Shown: one piece after another, positions 37,148-46,617 of the stretch
How the letters are laid out: each line of letters starts with the position of its first letter
Position numbering within the stretch: position 1 is the stretch's first letter
DNA from: a virus
Taxonomy: Duplodnaviria; Caudoviricetes
Reading direction: 5' to 3' (one strand)
Length of the DNA stretch: 47,379 nucleotides
IMG/VR virus record: IMGVR_UViG_3300019996_000008
Location: 1-47,379 of that record
Program-made: the position numbers and the translations under genes
The notes under the pieces: generated by a model
Told to the model about the DNA's origin: nothing
What the model saw: the letters and a program-made list of their open reading frames with translations, nothing else
Database searches by the model: none

Positions 37148-37740
37148 ACCAACCACTAATTAACATACTAATCCGAACTTCACAACGTCCGATATTATTC
37201 CAACGTTGTTTGCAATCTATCCAGCAACAAACGTATAAGAATATCAGGGTTATTGTTAGTTATGATTTCGAATGTGATTATATTCCTGATTGGTGCGATA
37301 AAATACAAGTGCAGAAAGGTGATAATGGTTACTATTGGAATTTATATTTGAACGAACTTAAAGAGCAAGTTAATGAAGGTTGGTTTATGGTCATAGATGA
37401 TGATGATTTCATACATTCAAAGTCTGCAATAGCTGATATAGTCAAACACTTAACAAATCCAGAGGTAGGTATTATATGTCAGTTCCTAAGAGGTCAGATG
37501 CGTAAACCTGGGTTAGTTCAAATGAGAAATAAAACTATCAAACGTGGATTAATTGGTATGCCTTGTATTATCTTACATCATAGTAAAAAGAATATAGCTA
37601 TGTTCGACGGATTACCAGCAGCAGATTATAGATTCATTCAAGATGTATCGAAAGTATTACCGTTAGAATGGGTCGAGAAAGTAATTGTAAAAACTGATCG
37701 GATAGGGAAAGGGAAACCGCATTTAGTAACAGTAAAATAA
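37144..37740 (+). CDS. Glycosyltransferase, GT2-like
   Basis: PLINILIRT..RP..CLQSI.QQTY, IDDDD, ADY.F. Confidence 0.85.
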   Translation: MNQPLINILIRTSQRPILFQRCLQSIQQQTYKNIRVIVSYDFECDYIPDWCDKIQVQKGDNGYYWNLYLNELKEQVNEGWFMVIDDDDFIHSKSAIADIVKHLTNPEVGIICQFLRGQMRKPGLVQMRNKTIKRGLIGMPCIILHHSKKNIAMFDGLPAADYRFIQDVSKVLPLEWVEKVIVKTDRIGKGKPHLVTVK

Positions 37741-37745
37741 AGTAT

Positions 37746-37970
37746 ATGGACAGAATAGATATTGAACACTTAGAATTGTTATTAGGTAAACTATCGCAAG
37801 AGATAGGCAATACTCAATTTTGCATATACCCAAACTTCTATCACGATGGATGCCATATATCAACTTTTAAAGAAAGCGGTAAGGTTGATATACAAGTAAC
37901 AGGGTATAATCTTGAGGATGTTCTATCTAAATTTAATCTGATAAATGTTGCACATAGTAGAGCCTTATAG
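37746..37970 (+). CDS. Hypothetical protein
   Basis: 74-aa ORF between GT genes. Confidence 0.55.
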   Translation: MDRIDIEHLELLLGKLSQEIGNTQFCIYPNFYHDGCHISTFKESGKVDIQVTGYNLEDVLSKFNLINVAHSRAL

Positions 37971-38469
37971 GCCGGATAAAAATTTGGGGCTTGCCTACAA
38001 CGAGGCTATGAAGTACTACAATGCTGATGATTGGGTATGCCTAAAAGATCACGACACATTGTTTCTGCTTCCTGATACTATACGTCATATATCACGTTAT
38101 ACTGAATTGAATCCTGATGCTGGAATATTAACTTGTTACACGAATAGGTTGGCTAATGGAGAGCAGTTGTTAACGGGTAGATGTATGGAAACTGATTCGA
38201 TAAGATCACATATAGCACTTGCGAAGGAGCAAGAAAAAAGATTGTACCAAGTAACTGAGATGGTTAAACCGATTAGCGGGTTTTTAATGGTTGTTAAAAA
38301 ATCGACATGGGATAACATAAAATTCTCAGATGGTTGTTTGGGAGTTGATAATAATTACCATTTAAAAGTTGTATCTTCTGGAATGAAAGTATTACGGATG
38401 AACGCTGTTTATTTATTCCATATTTACAGGATGATGAACGGAACTAAAAATAAAAATCACTTAATATGA
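37945..38469 (+). CDS. Small GT-A-fold glycosyltransferase
   Basis: GLAYNEAM, DHD (DxD), SGFLM, GVD, terminal H. Confidence 0.7.
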   Translation: MLHIVEPYRPDKNLGLAYNEAMKYYNADDWVCLKDHDTLFLLPDTIRHISRYTELNPDAGILTCYTNRLANGEQLLTGRCMETDSIRSHIALAKEQEKRLYQVTEMVKPISGFLMVVKKSTWDNIKFSDGCLGVDNNYHLKVVSSGMKVLRMNAVYLFHIYRMMNGTKNKNHLI

Positions 38470-38987
38470 GTAATGATTTTACATCAGTAAAAGGGTTTGA
38501 AGGAGTGTACGAAATTAATAAATATGGTGATGTAAAGTCATTAGCCAGAACTTGGATTAGTGGAAATGGTAAAATAGATGTAAAACCAGACACTATTTTA
38601 ATTCAACACATTGTTAAGGGCTATTCAAAAGTGTCACTAAATAAAAAACATTATTCTGTTCATAGGTTAGTTGCTGAAACTTTTATTCCAAACGTAGAAA
38701 ACAAACCACAAGTAAATCACAAGGACGGCAATAAACAAAATAATCATGTTGATAATTTAGAATGGTGTACTTGCTCAGAGAATCATAAACACGCTTTTGC
38801 TACAAAACTAAGGAAGCCGCATTTTGGTCAGCAACATCAAAACTCTAAACTTGTTTTAAATACAGAGACTGGGATTTTTTATGAATCACTTACTGAAGCA
38901 ATCAAAACTCAAACATTAAAGAGATCAACAGTAGAAGCAATGATGTGTGGAAGAAACCCAAATAGAACATCATTCATCTATGTCTAA
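38466..38987 (+). CDS. NUMOD4-HNH homing endonuclease
   Basis: GFEGVYEIN.YG.VKS, VHRLVA..FI, VNHKDGNK.NN.V.NLEW.T..EN..H. Confidence 0.92.
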   Translation: MSNDFTSVKGFEGVYEINKYGDVKSLARTWISGNGKIDVKPDTILIQHIVKGYSKVSLNKKHYSVHRLVAETFIPNVENKPQVNHKDGNKQNNHVDNLEWCTCSENHKHAFATKLRKPHFGQQHQNSKLVLNTETGIFYESLTEAIKTQTLKRSTVEAMMCGRNPNRTSFIYV

Positions 38988-40248
38988 CAAACCCTTCCAA
39001 ATACGAATGGATGAACTACATCCAGGTCAGCAGAAAGTATTATCAGAACGAAGGCGTTTCAATACGCTGAAGTGTGGCAGACGTTGGGGTAAAACTAAAC
39101 TATCTGAAGAGTTACTACTATCACCTGAAGATAAAACTAACGGAGCATTGAACGGTTACCCTGTTGCATACTTCGCCCCGACTTATAAAATGTTGATGGA
39201 TGTTTGGAGAGCTACTAATAATATCGTTTATGGAATTACTAAATCAAAATCAGAAACAGAGAAGCGAATTGAATTACTATCAGGAGGTGTAATTGATTTC
39301 TGGTCGCTGGAAGATCCAAACTCAATACGAGGGCGGAAGTACAAACGGGTAGTATTGGACGAGGTTGAAGTTGCTCGTAATCTGAAAGAAGGTTGGCAGA
39401 ATGTTATCAGGCCTACATTAACTGATATGAAAGGTGATGCTTGGTTTCTATCAACTCCGAAGTTTGGGAGTACATATTTCAAGCAGCTTGCTAAATTAAC
39501 TGACCCGGATTGGATGAACTGGACATTTACAACTTACGATAACCCGTTTCTTGACCCTACTGAAATAGATGCAGCACGTCAACAGTTAGATGAAAGTACG
39601 TTCAGGTGTGAGTTTCTGGCTGAAGATGTTACGTTGGCAGTAAATAAGTTCATTTATAATTTCGATAGGCAAAAGCACGTGGTGAAGGGATTGCAAGCAG
39701 ATAAGAGGTTACCAATATTACTTAGCTTCGATATGAATGTCGAACCGATAGTTTGTTTAGCAGGTCAGTGTGATAGATTGGATAAAGTTCGTTTTTTAAA
39801 AGAGTATAGATTGATGAATAGTGATATGTATGAGTTATGCAAACGTATATTAGCTGATTGGCCAGACTTCCAACTTTTAGTTACTGGTGATGCGAGTGGT
39901 CAAGCAAGGACGGCATTGAAAAAAGATTTGAATTATTATAAGATCATCAGAGAAGTTCTTAAATTAGGTATGGGTCAATTCCGATTACAGGCTGCCAATC
40001 CTCGAATCAATAACACAAGAGTATTGTGCAATTCTTTATTAGGTAGGCATAAAGATTTTTTATTCTCAGATGAATGTAATTATCTTATCTTAGATATTGA
40101 AGAATGCGAGGTTGATTCGTCAGGTGGAATTGATAAGAGCAAAGATAAACACTTAACGCATTTGCTTGATGCGTGGCGGTATTGGTGCTGGACATTCTTG
40201 CATAAATTTTTAGATTTAAAGATATATGATACAGGCTCCGACTTATAG
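38980..40248 (+). CDS. terL: Terminase large subunit
   Basis: HPGQ, Walker A GRRWGKT, Walker B VVLDE, STP, nuclease FDMN..GD..H..DA.RY; likely start ATG 38980. Confidence 0.92.
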   Translation: MSNKPFQIRMDELHPGQQKVLSERRRFNTLKCGRRWGKTKLSEELLLSPEDKTNGALNGYPVAYFAPTYKMLMDVWRATNNIVYGITKSKSETEKRIELLSGGVIDFWSLEDPNSIRGRKYKRVVLDEVEVARNLKEGWQNVIRPTLTDMKGDAWFLSTPKFGSTYFKQLAKLTDPDWMNWTFTTYDNPFLDPTEIDAARQQLDESTFRCEFLAEDVTLAVNKFIYNFDRQKHVVKGLQADKRLPILLSFDMNVEPIVCLAGQCDRLDKVRFLKEYRLMNSDMYELCKRILADWPDFQLLVTGDASGQARTALKKDLNYYKIIREVLKLGMGQFRLQAANPRINNTRVLCNSLLGRHKDFLFSDECNYLILDIEECEVDSSGGIDKSKDKHLTHLLDAWRYWCWTFLHKFLDLKIYDTGSDL

Positions 40249-40435
40249 TGCTAAGGAAATCCTTTCAATGTGTACGCATTTTAGCCTGGAATATAGTATC
40301 TTTAAAACTATTGTTGATATAATTGAAGATGAGTTTGAATTGTATAATGACGAAGATTTAATAATTTTGATGCAAGCGAGTGTGATAATGTTTTCCCGTA
40401 GTATGCTTAAGTTATCGTTAAATAATATGAGATGA
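40226..40435 (+). CDS. Hypothetical protein
   Basis: Overlapping ORF chain after terL. Confidence 0.5.
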   Translation: MIQAPTYSAKEILSMCTHFSLEYSIFKTIVDIIEDEFELYNDEDLIILMQASVIMFSRSMLKLSLNNMR

Positions 40436-40647
40436 AAAAGAAGTATAATAAAGGTCATAAGTTAAGTATGTGTTCTGATGTAGTTGTAGCCTCGGCAAAG
40501 GCTTGTGAAGTAGCAGAGCCAGCAATCACAAGAATAGAAGTTAAGGCAGATGATGATGGCGGTTTATTGGCTCGTATTAACGGTAAAGGAAAATGGAAGT
40601 CAGCAGAATTTGATGAATATAAAATGAAATTAACTGTTAAGATATAA
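40432..40647 (+). CDS. Hypothetical protein
   Basis: ATGA and TAATG overlaps. Confidence 0.5.
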   Translation: MKKKYNKGHKLSMCSDVVVASAKACEVAEPAITRIEVKADDDGGLLARINGKGKWKSAEFDEYKMKLTVKI

Positions 40648-41183
40648 TGTGGAAACTAGAATTAGATAACGGTAAAGAAAGAAGTTACTTAAATTCAGCT
40701 ACAGGTACAAAGTCTGTAATGAATTTAATGTACACCGATAAGGATGGTAATAAATGGTGGTCGTTTTTGGATTTAACGGCTATGCCATATACTAGAAACT
40801 TCGCAGCAACTAAAATAACTTCATTATACGCTTTAGGATTAAGTAAAGATGATCTTACTTCCCATATATCTGGATTGAAAACTATACTGAAGTCACAGGA
40901 TGCAGACAGATACGAGAAAGCGTATGCAAATGTTTTGGATTTCGAGAGTAAAGCTAACAACGCTACTGATGCGATAAAGCAAATGTCATCTTTAGTCTGT
41001 GTATACTTCACTTTAAATGACGAGCCAATAGATTCTTTTGATAATAATTTGCAGATAAAGAAAATGTCACTATTGGAGGCCGACATCGAGATGCATGGTT
41101 TTTTTTTGAAACATCAGATAGGTATCACAGAACGGTATTCAGCGTTCTTAAATCAACTTTCCCAAATTGCTTCAGTGCAGTAG
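40647..41183 (+). CDS. Tail assembly chaperone (gpG-like, short form)
   Basis: Upstream of tape measure; GFFL encoded over a T9 slippery run. Confidence 0.7.
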   Translation: MWKLELDNGKERSYLNSATGTKSVMNLMYTDKDGNKWWSFLDLTAMPYTRNFAATKITSLYALGLSKDDLTSHISGLKTILKSQDADRYEKAYANVLDFESKANNATDAIKQMSSLVCVYFTLNDEPIDSFDNNLQIKKMSLLEADIEMHGFFLKHQIGITERYSAFLNQLSQIASVQ

Positions 41184-41398
41184 AAAAGAAATTTAGTTCA
41201 TTTAGCGAAGAGATCCAGAAAGCAGCAGACGCAGAACGTTCAATGCAACTAATGATGCGAAGTATCACAAACGGGGTAATATCAGAACGTGACAGGTTGT
41301 TTCAATATACTACTGGGGAGTATTACCAGGAGTTATCGTTATTCATACAAGAAGTTGAGCAGAAAAATGAGGATTATAAGAAGTTAAATAAAAAGTAA
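40647..41398 (+). CDS. Tail assembly chaperone long form (gpGT-like, -1 frameshift, ~250 aa)
   Basis: T9 at 41099-41107; -1 frame is open to TAA 41396-41398, 3 nt before the next gene region. Confidence 0.7.
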
Positions 41399-41402
41399 AA
41401 AT

Positions 41403-41756
41403 ATGCACCCAGTACATTTTGAAGGATCAACCGAAATAAAGAAACCAGAAAATATGACAGACGAGCAATGTATGAGCTTGTGGGCTAAATTTGGTTTCGG
41501 TACAATTATTACTCTATTGGATCGGCAAGAGAAAAAAGATAAATTATCGTATGTAGAGCCAGATACCTTATTACCCGGAGTTGTTGCAGGTGTTGACACA
41601 GATAAATACCCATTTTATCTTACTGCATGGAAACCAAATAAAGAAGATTTGGATGCACTTAATAGAGGTGAACCAATTTATGTAAAAACATTATCAAAAC
41701 AACTTCCTCCTATGGCATTATTTACGCTTGATGAAAATAATGAAGCTAATTTTTAA
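41403..41756 (+). CDS. Conserved phage hypothetical protein
   Basis: C..L..WKP..EDL.ALN.G.PI..PP pattern. Confidence 0.6.
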   Translation: MHPVHFEGSTEIKKPENMTDEQCMSLWAKFGFGTIITLLDRQEKKDKLSYVEPDTLLPGVVAGVDTDKYPFYLTAWKPNKEDLDALNRGEPIYVKTLSKQLPPMALFTLDENNEANF

Positions 41757-41761
41757 TTAAA

Positions 41762-41977
41762 ATGAATTTTGTGATCAGTTTTGCAACCGGGTATAAAAAA
41801 CATTTACTTATTAAGAAGAAACTTAAAAAGTATAGGAGTATTTGGTTATCAAAATCTGAAATAGATTATACTTCAGATAATTGTAAAATTGAAATATCAT
41901 CAAATAATAAAATGAATGAGTTTGAATCTGAGAATAAGAGATTTCAAAAAGACTTTGGAATTAAGATGTCATTTTAA
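41762..41977 (+). CDS. Hypothetical protein, AT-rich
   Basis: 71-aa ORF filling the gap before the tape measure. Confidence 0.4.
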   Translation: MNFVISFATGYKKHLLIKKKLKKYRSIWLSKSEIDYTSDNCKIEISSNNKMNEFESENKRFQKDFGIKMSF

Positions 41978-42027
41978 TTACTATCTTTACCCTGCTATTA
42001 TAGACAGACTGGGGAGTTTGTTTTATT

Positions 42028-45000
42028 ATGGCAGACGAAATACAACGGACGATCTACAAACTGGAGATAGACGATTCAGCCTATATTAAAGGGGTTGATT
42101 CGCTAACTGCATCTACTCAAAAATTCTCCCAAGCCCAAGACGCAGCTAATAAGAAACTCGCAGAAGCTAAGATTGCTCTTAAAGCTGCTTCCGATGCTGT
42201 AATACGTCAGCAACAAGAGCTTGATAATGCAAATAAAGGAAGTAATACTGGAATAATTAAGCAGCGGCAGGACGCTTTAAAATCGGCTCAGGTAGAGCAA
42301 CAGAAACTTACTGACTTAGTTAAGCAAACTGAAATAGAATACCAGAAAGCTACGAAACTGGCAACTGACTTTGCAAACTCAACTGCTAAAGGTCGTATTG
42401 CTATTCCACCTGTAACTCCACAGAATATACCTCAACTGCCATTAGGCGGTACTGGATTAGGTGAAGCTGTAGGTGCATCAGCGGCCGAGTTTGAGCAGCT
42501 ACGGGGAGCTATTGCAGCCGCAGAACTGGCTTTATCTGAAATGAATCAGGAATCTGAAGAGTTTAAGGCACTTGCTCCAGCGGTTGAAGCTGGGAAGAAA
42601 GCATTAGCAGATTATGATGCAGCGGCAGAATCAGCCGGGCAATCTACAGTATCATTAAGAACACAGATCCGTCAAGGTCGTGAGGAGTTGGTTAAACTGG
42701 AAGCACAGGGGAAGGGTAATACTAAGGAATATTTTGAGTTAGAAAAGAATGTAGCCAAATTAACTGATGCTTTCGGAGATCAGCAGCAAAGAATTAAGAT
42801 ACTTGCCTCAGATACTAAAGCTTTAGATTTCGGTAAAGGAGCTATCACTGCTGCTACTGCTGCGTTTTCAGCCTATACTTCAGTATCGGTATTAGTAGGT
42901 GACCAGAATGAAGAGCTACAAAAGAAAACATTGCAGCTATTTGCTGCTATGCAATTGCTTCAGTCATTGGAGCAACTTAGTAACTTAACAAGGCGGGAGG
43001 GAGTACTTGCTACACTGGCACAATCAGGTGCACAATCCGTTTATACCGCTGTAGTGGGAGCGAGTACAGGGGCTTTGAAAGCATTCCGTATAGCATTAGC
43101 AGCTACTGGTATCGGTGCTGCTGTTATAGCGATAACCTTACTTGTACAGAAGTTCAGAGAGTTACAAGAAGCTGAAGAGGCTGCACAAGTAGAACAAAAA
43201 GCATTACTTGATATTTCTAAGCAGGCAGTTGATAGCTATGGCGAAGAGGTTACGCATTTAAAATTATTGTCTGCTGAATATACAAATTCGGCTACATCAC
43301 TGAAACGAAAAAAAGATATTCAGGATGAGTTGCAAAAATCTTACCCGTCATACTTCGCTAGTCTAGATACGCAAGCGGATAAAGAGGCTTTCGTTGCTGA
43401 ACAGATTGGTAAAGTAACTCAGGCATTAATTTTACAAGCTAAGATCCAGGCTGCACAATCTTTGCTGGCTAAGAAGTTTGGTGACTTATTAAAAGAACAA
43501 TTCGATCCTACTGAATCACTTGACTTTTTTGATAAAATACTTGCAGGGGCTACAGGTTTTACAGCAGGTTTTGGGGCGGCAGGAAGTCAGCTTGCTAATA
43601 AAGCGCAGGCTAATTTATCTAAAGCACAAACTGAATATAATAAGTTTGAAACTTTCATTATTGACTTTGTAAATAAGTCTAACGCTGAACTTGATAAACT
43701 TGGTGGTGATCCTAATAAGCCACAGGCTAAAAAGACTACCATTGTTGAAAACGTTTTTGAAGCTGAGAAACTTAAACTTAATGCGAGGATTGCTGAACTA
43801 AAACGAATTGAAGAAACTGGAATTGAAGCTATAAATAAAGAATTTGAATCTAAATTAATAGTTGAGCAAAAAAGAATAGCTGATTTATTAAAAGATAATA
43901 AACTAACAAGACCACAGGCTAAAATATTAGTTCAATTGGCGGTTGATGCCAACAGGATAGAACTTGATAAAGCTCTTGCAGACTTCAATAAAAAAGTATT
44001 AGACGCAAGAGAAAAACTTAATGATGATCTGCGTAAGCTGCAAGAAGATCAGACAGAACAAACTTTAAATCTAATTCAGGATGAATTTGAGAAGCGCAGA
44101 CAATTAATCGCATTTAATGAGCAACAAGAATTAGCTGATGCAGCCGAACGAAATGAAGATAGGATTAAGGCATTGGATCTTGACCGTTTGTTGTTAGGCG
44201 AACAGGCTTATCAGAACGCAAAGAATATTATTATAACTACTGGGGAGCAGGAAGCAAACAATATCTTAGCTAAGTTCGCTGCGCTACGAAAAGATTTAGC
44301 CGCTGATACTTTCCAAAGTTTACTTGATTCTATTAATGCAGGGCTGCAAGGTGGTTTAATATTCAGAGATGAATCATTGGCGAAAGAAATACGGGATGCT
44401 TCAGATAGATTCTTACAAGGCAAGATTACTTATGAGCAATTTCAAAAAGAATTAACTGCAATCCAGAAACGTGAAGAAGGTATTCGTAGGGATGCTACGT
44501 TAAGCAATCAGCGTTATGAGTTAGCTGAACTTGATACTCATATTGCTGCCATACTTGATAAGACTTCTCAGGAATATAAAGACTTAACAAAAAGACGTGA
44601 TGATTTACGGGCGAAGATCGCATCAGGAGAAAAAGAGGATGCGATTAAAGACGCTGAAGATAAAAACACTGATCCAAATAAAAAGAAGGTAGAAACTCTA
44701 AACGATTACGTTGTAGCTGTTGGTGATCTTGCTAACTCTGTAATCCAATTCTGGCAAGCTGCTAACGAAGCTGAATCAGCAGCATTAGACCGTTCAATAT
44801 CATTACAAGAGAAACGAGTAACAGCAGCGCAACGAATAGCAGAAAGAGGTAATGCTCAATATCTGAAAGCTGAAGAGGATCGCTTAAAAGAACTTACAAT
44901 AAAACGTGAGAATGCAGCCCGTAGAGAATTAGCTATTAACGCAGCATTGCAAGCATCGCAATTATTAGTTGGTATTACCGGAGCAATTTCTAAGATCGCT

Positions 45001-45552
45001 ACTCCTGGTATTGGTCTTGCTGAATCAATCGGGGCTTTTGCAGTTATCGTTTCTTCACTTGCTGCTGGTTATGGATTGGTAAAATCATTACAAGGTAGTC
45101 AACCACGATTAGCGAAAGGAGATCCATACGTTAAACGCAACGGGCATCCTTCAGGAGTAGATACTATTCCAGCTTGGTTGAACGAAGGTGAAGCGGTGAT
45201 ACCTACTGAAACTAATCGGAAATATCACCCAGCTATTAAAGCTATCTATGATGAGAAGATACCACCAGAAGATATAAATGCTTTCGTTAAGAATTATCAT
45301 GCGGTCAAAGGAGTTCCAAGAGTAAATTATGATCGTATAAAAGAATCTGCTGAGTTAAGTACAACGCACGATGGTAGAATGTCTGTTGCATTATCAGAAC
45401 AGAATAAATTGATAATAGAGAATAATGAACTTCAGCGGATGACATTAAGAGCTATGAAAAACATGGCAGTTAGCGCAACGATTGATCGTGATGGGGTTGC
45501 TATTTCGGTTAACGAGTATATTGCTCAAATGAATTTAAATAAAAAGGTATAA
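42028..45552 (+). CDS. Tape measure protein
   Basis: 1174 aa, Ala/Glu-rich helical; ALAATGIGA hydrophobic segment; C-terminal LAKG..DTIPAWLNEGEAVI motif. Confidence 0.9.
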   Translation: MADEIQRTIYKLEIDDSAYIKGVDSLTASTQKFSQAQDAANKKLAEAKIALKAASDAVIRQQQELDNANKGSNTGIIKQRQDALKSAQVEQQKLTDLVKQTEIEYQKATKLATDFANSTAKGRIAIPPVTPQNIPQLPLGGTGLGEAVGASAAEFEQLRGAIAAAELALSEMNQESEEFKALAPAVEAGKKALADYDAAAESAGQSTVSLRTQIRQGREELVKLEAQGKGNTKEYFELEKNVAKLTDAFGDQQQRIKILASDTKALDFGKGAITAATAAFSAYTSVSVLVGDQNEELQKKTLQLFAAMQLLQSLEQLSNLTRREGVLATLAQSGAQSVYTAVVGASTGALKAFRIALAATGIGAAVIAITLLVQKFRELQEAEEAAQVEQKALLDISKQAVDSYGEEVTHLKLLSAEYTNSATSLKRKKDIQDELQKSYPSYFASLDTQADKEAFVAEQIGKVTQALILQAKIQAAQSLLAKKFGDLLKEQFDPTESLDFFDKILAGATGFTAGFGAAGSQLANKAQANLSKAQTEYNKFETFIIDFVNKSNAELDKLGGDPNKPQAKKTTIVENVFEAEKLKLNARIAELKRIEETGIEAINKEFESKLIVEQKRIADLLKDNKLTRPQAKILVQLAVDANRIELDKALADFNKKVLDAREKLNDDLRKLQEDQTEQTLNLIQDEFEKRRQLIAFNEQQELADAAERNEDRIKALDLDRLLLGEQAYQNAKNIIITTGEQEANNILAKFAALRKDLAADTFQSLLDSINAGLQGGLIFRDESLAKEIRDASDRFLQGKITYEQFQKELTAIQKREEGIRRDATLSNQRYELAELDTHIAAILDKTSQEYKDLTKRRDDLRAKIASGEKEDAIKDAEDKNTDPNKKKVETLNDYVVAVGDLANSVIQFWQAANEAESAALDRSISLQEKRVTAAQRIAERGNAQYLKAEEDRLKELTIKRENAARRELAINAALQASQLLVGITGAISKIATPGIGLAESIGAFAVIVSSLAAGYGLVKSLQGSQPRLAKGDPYVKRNGHPSGVDTIPAWLNEGEAVIPTETNRKYHPAIKAIYDEKIPPEDINAFVKNYHAVKGVPRVNYDRIKESAELSTTHDGRMSVALSEQNKLIIENNELQRMTLRAMKNMAVSATIDRDGVAISVNEYIAQMNLNKKV

Positions 45553-45553
45553 A

Positions 45554-46588
45554 ATGGCATTTACAATACAACAACTACAAAATTTTAGTAATACTAAGCC
45601 AGAGTTACGTTACTTAACTGAGGAAATTATTGATTATTTACAGGCTAACCAAGGAGGCGGTTCTCTCGGTTCATCATATTTGGTTTGGGATGCGGCGTAT
45701 CAAAATTCAGCAATGAGTTCACCTGTTGGGGTTTATTTGTATAAAGATGCAATTGATAATATTTGGAAAGTATATGAACCATCAAGAAATAATTTGGTGT
45801 CAAGGTCACAATATGCTTATGCCGATTCAATAGATAAATTTCCTTTTGATAGTGCTGACTGTTATAATAACAATTTATCAGATGTAAAATTGGTAGGTGT
45901 CCCAAGTAATGTTAAAATAACAAAATGCACTCTTCAATATATGGTTATTGATGGTGGTTCTTTTTCTGGATTACAAATAAACAATACGATATTTCACGGC
46001 ACTTCTGGCATAGGATGCCCTAACAATGTAGAAATACTCGTCGTAGGAGTTAATGTATTAATAGAAGGTTGCTCATTTTTGAACGGATCTTTATTTTACT
46101 CTTCTTTTATTGATTCTATTGGCGCAAACTCGCAAATAATTGCTATTAGTTCACCAAATTCTGGAACTGGATTATACATTCAGGGTCATGCAAATGTTTA
46201 TTTAGGTGATGGTACATTTTATGAAGATTTTTCTTCCATATATGTTTATGATGACTTCTTGTCGTTCTTTGACTTCTTAATAGGGGGAACGGTGGTAGTT
46301 CATTGTCCTTCAGATTTCGCATCCTGTTCAAGATTTGTTATTGGTGACAATACAACAATTGGCACAGCAACAGAAAGATTTAAAAAAATTAAATCTTTAA
46401 ATGTGGGTTCTGATTGCGTTTTAAAACCAACTACTAACAATACAGATATTCTCGATAAGGTAACACTTGGTGTTGGTTGTACTGTAACGACAAGTGGCAA
46501 TAAAACAAATGCAGAGTATAAAAATTTAGGTGGAACAACTTATTTATTAGGCGAAGCAGCAGGAGCAATGACACTAACAGCAGTATAA
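45554..46588 (+). CDS. Putative beta-helix tail protein
   Basis: Repeating IGDN/VGSDC/LGVGC short-strand pattern; directly after the tape measure. Confidence 0.5.
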   Translation: MAFTIQQLQNFSNTKPELRYLTEEIIDYLQANQGGGSLGSSYLVWDAAYQNSAMSSPVGVYLYKDAIDNIWKVYEPSRNNLVSRSQYAYADSIDKFPFDSADCYNNNLSDVKLVGVPSNVKITKCTLQYMVIDGGSFSGLQINNTIFHGTSGIGCPNNVEILVVGVNVLIEGCSFLNGSLFYSSFIDSIGANSQIIAISSPNSGTGLYIQGHANVYLGDGTFYEDFSSIYVYDDFLSFFDFLIGGTVVVHCPSDFASCSRFVIGDNTTIGTATERFKKIKSLNVGSDCVLKPTTNNTDILDKVTLGVGCTVTTSGNKTNAEYKNLGGTTYLLGEAAGAMTLTAV

Positions 46589-46617
46589 GAATTACAAATG
46601 ATTGGAACAGAAAATAA

